Below, piece after piece: positions 56,006-64,000 of a stretch of DNA of 64,000 nt. Position 1 is the first letter of the stretch. Each line of letters begins with the position of its first letter. The notes under the pieces are model-generated. The model did not search any database. It worked only from the letters and a program-made list of their open reading frames with translations, and had not been told where the DNA came from. The stretch spans positions 47,926,001-47,990,000 of the forward strand of contig OX597831.1 in the NCBI GenBank assembly GCA_951406725.2, given 5' to 3'. The stretch comes from Octopus vulgaris. Its lineage: Eukaryota. The position numbers and the translations under genes are program-made.

Positions 56006-56045
<40 letters not shown>

Positions 56046-56904
56046 AATTTCATACCCTAACTATTATATTCAATATATTTAATATATTTAATGTATCTAA
56101 TTTGTTCTTCTGCATAATTGCCTCTATATATTTGCATGTATGTATGTATGTATGTATGTATGTATGTATGTATGTATGTATGTATGCATGGATACATGTA
56201 TGTATGTATGTATGTATGTATGTATGTATGTATGTATGTCTATGCTTCTGTATATGTGCGTGTGTAGATTTCTTCATGTATACATATTTTTTTGTGAAAG
56301 AATATTTCCTGTCTTTATCAATTCCTCTGTTCTATGTGTCATACCACTTTGTTGTCTATTGTATAACTAAATAATGTTATTTCTGAAAAAGAATAAAGAA
56401 TTCAGAAAATTAAAACAATTTTCGTGATAAATGAATTTTTAAAAAAAAGACAGCAGAATAAAACGCAAAGCAAAACAAAACCAAACAAAAAATCAAAAAC
56501 AAAAAAGCCCTCAAATCAAAGAAAAATATAAACAAAGATAATATGTAATAAATTATACATTTTTCAACTTTATAGGTTTTAATGAAAGTTGTATGAAAAT
56601 GAATTTACTTCACTGAAAGCTAGAGATTGGAAAAGCCAAGTGTAATGGAGAAGAAATAATGCTTTTTTTCTTCTCTTTCTTGTCTTATCAATATAATACG
56701 ATTTTATTTTAAATAATAATAATGTTTTAAAAGAATATACACCCACAAATGTGCACAAATATACATACATATATTAGCAGTATAATGAGATTTTTATTTC
56801 AAATAATAACGTATTTTAGAAGAGCATATACCCACAAATACACAAAAGGCATATACACACATAGACAAACATACGTGCAAAATACAAAAATGCATACATA
56901 AACA

Positions 56905-57092
56905 CGTATGCTCGAAATGCAAAGTAGATAAAACAGTGGACAACTGATGAAGGGATTGTTCTTTATGTTGCCTGTCCTGTTTTTCTATTTGTTTCTTTCG
57001 TTGCTTGCTAAAAAAGTTCGTTTTCCATGTTTTTGTATTTCATGTTCTCGTTTTTCAAGTTGTACACGGTTTTTGACATCCTGTACCCATAT
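56905..57092 (+). mobile_element. Probable PLE 3'-end fragment
   Basis: Same family as 23051-23232. Confidence 0.5.
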
Positions 57093-57151
57093 ATGCATAT
57101 ATATATATATATATTATTTATATTATTTATATTATTATTATTATTATTATT

Positions 57152-57201
<50 letters not shown>

Positions 57202-57389
57202 CATATACATACATACACACACATATATATATACACACATATATATACACATACATAAATATAAGGTAATACATACATACTCACATTCATGTGTATCTGC
57301 ATACACACACACACACATGCACGCACACATGCACACATATACAAAAACATATCCATAGAAATACATTGAAATTCCATGATATATGTATT

Positions 57390-57625
57390 ATTTTACTCTT
57401 TTACTTGTTTCAGTCATTTGACTGTGGCCATGATGGAGCACCGTCTATAGTCGAGTAAATCGACCCCAAGACTTATTCTTTGTAAGCCTAGTACTTGTTC
57501 TATCAGTCTCTTTTGCTGAACTGCTAAGTTACAGGGACATAAACACACCAGCATCGGTTGACAATCGATTTTGGGGGGCAAACACAGACACACAAACATA
57601 TACACACTCATACATACATATATAT

Positions 57626-57659
<34 letters not shown>

Positions 57660-57832
57660 ACACACACATATATACGACAGGCTTCTTTGAGTTTTCCTCT
57701 ACCAAATCCACTCACAAAGCTTTGGTTAGCCCGAGGCTATAGTAGAAGATACTTGCTCAAAGCACCACACAGTGGGACTGAACCTGGAACCATGTGGTTC
57801 TTAAACAACCTACTTACCACACAGCCACTCCT
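57390..57832 (-). mobile_element. SINE family A, full length
   Basis: As 9914-10299. Confidence 0.9.
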
Positions 57833-57840
57833 ACAAGGAA

Positions 57841-57992
57841 ATAATTTTATTCTCAAATGCAGGATAATGCTAATAATATCACATGAACAGGATGAACTAC
57901 CCACCTTTTGCACATTTATCTGCAAAATAGGGGTAGTTTATCCTGTTCATGCTATATTATTAGCATTATCCTGCATTTGAGAATAAAATTAT
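57841..57992. repeat. 72-bp-arm hairpin with 8-nt loop (probable short PLE fold-back)
   Basis: Outer 39 bp perfectly complementary; right tail CTCCTCATCT resembles other PLE tails here. Confidence 0.8.
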
Positions 57993-58102
57993 CTCCTCAT
58001 CTTTCAATACATTTCAACACTTCTAAAACAAACTTTGCTTACTTTCATCATAATTTGAATTTAATATATATATCTATAAATAGGTGCAAGTGTGCCTATA
58101 TA

Positions 58103-58346
58103 CAGTCATGGTCAAAAGTTTGGAATATAGGCCTGAATATAAGAATTTTTATATTAAATGCCCAAAGTTATGGTCAATTTGCAGTATATTATTTTTTGGC
58201 CAAAATGTTTGGAATATAGGTCTGAAAATTAGAATTTTTTATATTAAATGCCTAAATATATATTTTGTATAAATTTGAATCAAATTGTACTCGGGCATGA
58301 CAATTTTAATTTTTAAACGAATGTTCCAAACTTTAAGCCACAACTG
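58103..58346. mobile_element. Tc1/mariner-type MITE
   Basis: TA TSDs; TIRs CAGTCATGGTCAAAAGTTTGGAA / TTCCAAACTTTAAGCCACAACTG; internal direct repeat of about 45 bp. Confidence 0.8.
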
Positions 58347-58514
58347 TACATAATTATAAATATGCAGGTACATATATATAAAAAAATACACACTCACTCA
58401 CACTCACAAACAGACATACATACATATATACATACATACATACATGCATGCATGCATGCATGCATATATACATACATACATACATACATACATACATACA
58501 TACATACTACAAAC

Positions 58515-58952
58515 AAAAATACCCTGTTGTTGATGTTGAAATCCCAATGAAAGAACCTTGAATCTAGGTTAGAAACCGGTTTTTTCTCTATTGGCAAGAA
58601 ATCTTGAAATAAACTGAATAATGACATACATACACATGTCATTGGGATATGTAACACACTGCCTAAATACCAATTGTGAGAAACTGGGCTTCTCAAAACC
58701 AGAAAGGAGAAAGTTAGTCTGAAGACTACAGATCAAATCCATCACTGGAATTTCAAAAATCTGTTTATCATTTAGGTATATATGAACATGTCTAGATTTG
58801 TAATTATATTCATGAGAATTCACATATAAAACAAACATATAAATCTGTACAAATACATACATAGATACAAAAATACCCTGTTGATGTTGTTGAAATTCCA
58901 ATGAAGGAGCCTTGGATCTGAAATTTTGCAATAAAACTGAATAATGACAAAC
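58515..58952 (+). repeat. Two direct copies of a short repeat associated with (ACAT)n
   Basis: AAATACCCTGTTG...CCAATGAA.GA.CCTTG.ATCT...AATAAACTGAATAATGACA at 58515-58630 and 58870-58952. Confidence 0.7.
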
Positions 58953-60063
58953 ATGCATATGTATGTATGTGCATATGTACATACATATATACATTTGTAT
59001 GTATTATGTACATACATATATACATCCATCTATGCATATATGCATACATACATACATGCGCGCACACACACACTAATGCCTTACTTTATATTTTGACTGT
59101 GAAATGGAACCTTCTTAAAAATGCATTAAATGTTGCAGCAATTTAACAGCCAAAATCAAGAAAAAGTATAATATAAAAATATTTTCACTGCTTTAGCATC
59201 CTTGGAATTTCCGCTTGTAATTTGAACCCACCTTACAAGGATCTCTCTCACTCCTTTAGTTGCTTTCACGAACGAAAGCAATCAATCTCACTTTGTTGGC
59301 TTCTACATTATGGAATGTTTTTTCCGATTATACGTCCGACCACTTGTGTAGCAATTTTGTAATTATGTAAAGTACAGTAATTTAGCAAAAAATATTGATT
59401 CAGTATTATTGTTATTTCTTCATGTCATGCAACTGTAAGCCAATATCATTAGATGCCAAAACGAAAGGTTACAAAAAGAGTAAAAATAAAATATAAAGAA
59501 AGGGTGTTGTTAAATAGTGATTAGGACTTAACACTGTTAACTTTAAAAATACTTAATGGATCAATCTTACGAAATTGATGTTGTCATTCAAAATTCCAAT
59601 GAGCATATGGCTCTAAACTAATATACTCATGTGGCAAATTCATGGAAAATATGGAGAAAATGTTGAATGCCTGGGCATTTTATGTTTCATAGTACCATTT
59701 TCCACACTCACAAGCTATTATGCAGCAAAAGACATCGAATCTATTTAATTAGTTGAAACAAGAATAAAATCAGGAAGTTATTCAAATTTTTTGTTAGTTT
59801 AAGTTCAAGAAACAGATTAATCTCCATTGTATTCAGATAACAAGGTGATCATCAAGAGCTAACATCTAGCTTTGCATTAGAATTTCAAGCACAAATGGAG
59901 TGTACATCATTTACATTATTTACATTCAACAGATATTTGTCCTCATCTTGTTTGTTGTTAACACGTTTTGGCTGATATACCCTCCAGCCTTCTTCAGGTG
60001 TCTTGGGGAAATTTCAAGGTATTTTTTGATGTTTTTATCATTATTATTATTGTTGTTAGTGTC

Positions 60064-60138
60064 CAGGTCACTGCTTGGAATCAAACTCAGAATCTTGGGG
60101 TTAGTAGCCCATGCTCTTAATCACTATGCCATATGCCC
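60064..60138 (-). promoter_or_regulatory. tRNA-derived Pol III promoter segment, left arm
   Basis: TGGCATAGTGA A-box-like, GAGTTTGATTCC B-box-like. Confidence 0.65.
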
Positions 60139-60539
60139 ATGGGCAATTATGGAGTGAATTTTGGGGCTTATATATCTAATATTTTTCTATCCTTCCTTAA
60201 TACCAGTTCCCATATGCTGCTCATATCTTCACTCGGTCTGCTTAGGAGGTTGTTGTGTCCTAGCATATGTGCTACTTCTTTTAGTTTTCATATTTTGGGT
60301 ATAGCTGATCATGTATGGAAAAATGGAGACCACCTCCTTCTGTGGGATGAAGTTAAACTAATAGTCAGAGAACACCACTGGAAAATACGCAAACTAAAAG
60401 AAGCAGCACATATGCTAGGACACAACAACCTCCTAAGCAGAACAAGTGCAGATATGAGCAGCATATGGGAACTGGTATTAAAGAAGGATAAAAAAATATT
60501 AGATTTATAAGTCCTAAAATTCATTCCATTATTGCCCAC

Positions 60540-60613
60540 GGGCATATGGCATAATGGTTAAGAGCATTGGCTACTAACCCCAAGATTCTGAGTTCAATTC
60601 CAAGCAGTGACCT
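60540..60613 (+). promoter_or_regulatory. tRNA-derived Pol III promoter segment, right arm
   Basis: TGGCATAATGG A box, GAGTTCAATTCC B box, CT-ACT-AA anticodon-like loop. Confidence 0.65.
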
Positions 60614-60664
60614 GGACGACAACGACAATAATAATAATAATAATGTTATTAGAAATTTCCCCAA

Positions 60665-60710
60665 AACACCAGATGAAGCCTGGAGGGTATATCAGCTGAA
60701 ACGTTGTGTT
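60665..60710 (+). ncRNA. Minimal hammerhead ribozyme, U4 mutated; mirror copy 59960-60002 on minus
   Basis: AACAC-CAGATGA-A-GCCTG..CAGCT-GAAAC-GTT-GTGTT; mirror has CTGAAGA-A-GGCTG..CAGCC but AAAAC; consensus of the two is intact. Confidence 0.7.
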
Positions 60711-60893
60711 AATAATGAACAAGATGAGGACAAATATCTGTTGAATGTACATAATTCCTCATCTCTTAAATATAGAACAAAATGGAGTGTATTAAGGAAG
60801 AAGGAAAATCTCTACCAAATCTAGTTTTTAATTTAAATAAATGTAGGATATTTTAGGATATTTAGATAAATGTAGGACATTTTAGAAACACTT

Positions 60894-61118
60894 TTAGATT
60901 TCAAGTCCCCGGTGGTATTTTTTCCTAATAACAATGTGAGGAAATCTTTAGTTGTTTTATACCTTTTAATTTTAATTTTTTTTAAATACACATTTTAGAA
61001 AGCAAGTGTTTCTAAAATGTGTATTTAAAAAAAAAATTAAAATTAAAAGGTATAAAACAACTAAAGATTTCCTCACATTGTTATTAGGAAAAAATACCAC
61101 CGGGGACTTGAAATCTAA
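60894..61118. repeat. Near-perfect palindrome with 108-bp arms and 7-nt spacer
   Basis: 60894-61001 vs 61009-61118; only a homopolymer length difference (T8 vs A10) seen. Confidence 0.92.
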
Positions 61119-62082
61119 GCGATTGCCTATTTATCATTCTGATACTCTAAGAGCAATCAACATCATCTTCAAATCTAGTTTACCTGATACTTGAAAATCT
61201 AACAGAAAAGCTTGGATTAAGCAGGATCTGCTTTTTGAATGGTTTGTTAAATATTTCTGCAGTGAAATGTTACTGTGAGAAAAATAATTACAAGCACAAG
61301 GAACTTCTGCTTTTGAACAATGTTCTCAGTCATCTCACAAAACTTAATTCACTCAGGATATGTGTACCATTGAATAAAAAACAACTTCAAAGGGCTTCAT
61401 GTTGTTTTTGTTCAAACAACAATTCTACCAATACAATATGTAGACCAGAGATTCATTTCCATTTTCAAGTCATATTTTAGAACTTTAAGCGAGTTGATTA
61501 CTGTGCACAGTCTATCAAAGAATTCTAGAAAATGTATATTATGAGAAATACAAAGCATATTGAAGATGTCTGAAGTAGCAGTTACATACACACACACACA
61601 CACACCCATTTCATAAGGATTTGGAAAACACCTTGTAAATGTATTTCATAGACAGAAACTGAAAGAAGCCCATCGTGTGTGTATGAGTGTGTCTGTGTGT
61701 GTGTGAGTATCTCCTTGTTTTGGCATTCTATGATAGTCGTAAATGAGTTTCACTGTCATACAAGCAGTGTTATTCATTTCCAATATTCTGTGCATGAACA
61801 CATCTGACCATGGGGAAATATTGCGTTGCTTGGAAACAGGTGAGCCATTGAATATCTACCACAATAAACGGTCTGATCAATGCAAGCATGGAAAAGAAAC
61901 AGTAAAATGATGATGATGAAGCAGTGAAATACAAATATAGTAAAGAAAGATAAAATTTATTGAGTGCTGGGAACAAGGACTACACTTATAAAGACATTAA
62001 CACTTTCGTGTTCAGGTTATTCTATCAAATGTAATGCATATTGCTTCACATTGTTTTGAATTAATCATGCATTATCTCATAT

Positions 62083-62428
62083 ACATTATTTACATTTGAT
62101 GTATATTTCTCCTCATCACAACATTTTGGCTGATATACCCTCTTGGGGAAATTTTGAACCTGGGTTCTCATTTTTAAGGTACTTTTCGATATTATTATTA
62201 TTATTATTATTCAGGTCACTGCCTGGAATCGAACTCAGAATCTCGGGGTTAGTAGCCCGCGCTCTTAACCACTACGCCATATATCCCTGGGCAATTATGG
62301 AGTAAATTTTAGGGCTTAGAAATCTACTATTTTCCTATCCTTCCTTAATACCGGTATTAAGGAAGGATAGGAAAATGTTAGATTGTAAATAATGTACATA
62401 ATTCCACATCTCTTAAATATAGAACTGT
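62083..62428. mobile_element. Second insertion of the tRNA-bearing Penelope fold-back family; right arm largely deleted
   Basis: TSD AT(T/A)ATCTCATAT (62071-82, 62429-40); central perfect palindrome 62329-62376; same 3' tail CATAATTCC.CATCTCTTAAATATAGAAC. Confidence 0.85.
62212..62287 (-). promoter_or_regulatory. Best-preserved tRNA-like Pol III segment
   Basis: TGGCGTAGTGGTTAAGAGCG...GAGTTCGATTCC canonical A and B boxes. Confidence 0.75.
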
Positions 62429-62677
62429 ATAATCTCATATCCTTGAGATTTCGATGATGTGATTGAGAGCCTGGATCTGGTCAGTTTGAACATAAAACAA
62501 ATGGAAAATTTTGGCCAGATATGATTGGTTTAAGTGCTAAAGTGTTAAGAAAGTTATCAGAACTACAAATGTCTTGTTCAGTTAGCCAAGAAGTATTCCA
62601 CCCCATCACAACAGCTAGTTTTAACAACAAAGATTCAGCTAAAGACCTCATGGAAGTAATATATGCTGTAGAGAGAT

Positions 62678-62895
62678 GGTGAGCTGGTAGAAACGTTAGC
62701 ACACTGGGTGAAATGTTTACCAGTATTTCGTCTGTCTTTACATTCTGAGTTCAAATTCTGCTGGGGTCGACTTTGCCTTTCATCCTTTCGGGGGCAATAA
62801 ATTAACTACCAGTTGTGTACTACGCAACTGGTAGTCGATCTAATCAACTGGCCCCCTCCCAAAATATTTTGGGCCTTGTGCCTAAAGTAGAAAAT
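62678..62895 (+). mobile_element. SINE family D variant with small internal inverted duplication (62804-62834)
   Basis: GGTGAGCTGGTAGAAACGTTAGC...GTCGACTTTGCCTTTCATCCTTTCGGGG. Confidence 0.85.
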
Positions 62896-63485
62896 ATGTG
62901 CTGTAGAGCAACTTTCAAAATAAATAAATAAATAAATAAATAAATAAATGAATTATTCAGATTTTGAATAAAGCATGACAATTAAAAGATCTTTAAATAT
63001 TTTGAAGGAAAAATGAAAGGTTTGTCAACAGGTAGAACAGTCATCTACTGATGCTTATTCTTCCTTTTAGATAAAGAAAAACCTAACACAACCAGTAGAA
63101 CACACACACATACACATGTACATATATATGGTATGAGGAAGGGCATCCAGATATAGAAAGCATGTTAAAACAGAGATGAGGGCTTTATGTAATCCTCCGC
63201 TTTGTATCCTATCAAATCTTCTAAATTATACCAGTATGGAAGATGGTTGTTAAATGATGATGATGTAATCCGTATGTATGTGTGTGTGAGTGTATGTACG
63301 TGTGTGTGTATGTGCTTAAAATTTATTCTTTTGTAATTTTCACTTCGTGCATAAACTAAAAATAAAACCATATATCTTTTATTGAATCAGATATAATTTT
63401 GTTCAAAGCACTTTTTTCTATATAAAGTGTGAATATTTTTGGATTAAATTACAAACAATTTCATTCAAAGATATTTTCCTCTCTC

Positions 63486-63538
<53 letters not shown>

Positions 63539-63682
63539 TATACATACACACACATATATATGTATGTATATGTAATGGCATTAGCATTATAGGGTGACGG
63601 TATTTTAAATAAGTGTTATTTTCTCTTCCAATAATTAAATTTGCTTAAAAACTGTTTTACCTTCCACTTGCAGCTATACTTG

Positions 63683-63726
<44 letters not shown>

Positions 63727-63734
63727 TACGCACG

Positions 63735-63766
<32 letters not shown>

Positions 63767-63792
63767 CATATGCATTTACATACATACATACA

Positions 63793-63827
<35 letters not shown>

Positions 63828-64000
63828 GTATGTGTGTATGTATGGGTGTAAACAGTAATAGGGATTCAAAATATTAAACAGAGCTCATGGTAAGCAATAT
63901 ATATTTATATATGTGCGTCTATATGTATATTGACATGTTAGATCTTTTGGTGTCACAGGTGTAACAGGATACAATTTACAAAACAGAAGTCAACAAATGG

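Larger units (their letters stand above)
55617..56010. mobile_element. Fold-back PLE pLTR pair inside (TA)n
   Basis: About 130-bp inverted arms 55617-55748 / 55808-55938, about 70-nt unpaired right tail; HHR in each arm. Confidence 0.8.
59905..60779. mobile_element. Penelope-type fold-back insertion with GIY-YIG C-terminus, tRNA-like segment and HHR in each arm
   Basis: 12-bp TSD AAATGGAGTGTA (59893-904, 60780-791); arms 59921-60296 / 60382-60749; peptide GIADHVWKNGDH..WDEVKLIVREHHWKIRKLKEAAHM...SSIW. Confidence 0.9.
61997..62548. mobile_element. TTAA-flanked piggyBac-type MITE interrupted by a PLE
   Basis: TTAACACTTT ... AAAGTGTTAA termini. Confidence 0.6.

Noticed and set aside
58540-58590. 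CCAATGA...GAAACCGGTT hammerhead-like motif
   Set aside because: Core non-canonical in both copies and stem I unconvincing
60540-60613. Functional tRNA-Ser(ACT) gene
   Set aside because: Acceptor and anticodon stems pair poorly and there is no long variable arm; it is a tRNA-derived repeat segment

Overview
AT-rich, repeat-saturated animal genomic DNA. The SINE and microsatellite repertoire looks like Octopus or another coleoid cephalopod (recognised from memory, not database-checked). I found no intact protein-coding gene, so the window is probably intergenic or intronic. Most ORF-track entries are microsatellite or SINE read-throughs. Contents: several tRNA-derived SINE families; decayed DNA transposons (a DD36E Tc1/Incomer-like element, two mariners, hAT remnants, piggyBac- and Tc1-type MITEs); and LINE 3' ends (R4/Dong-type in (TAA)n, RTE-type). 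The most striking pattern is a dense set of Penelope-like element (PLE) remnants, many forming long fold-back inverted repeats. They carry about ten type-I hammerhead ribozyme (HHR) motifs from several unrelated families, and three motifs have intact cores. One PLE family has a tRNA-like Pol III promoter directly upstream of its hammerhead. Repeat boundaries were read by eye and are approximate unless TSDs or TIRs are quoted.
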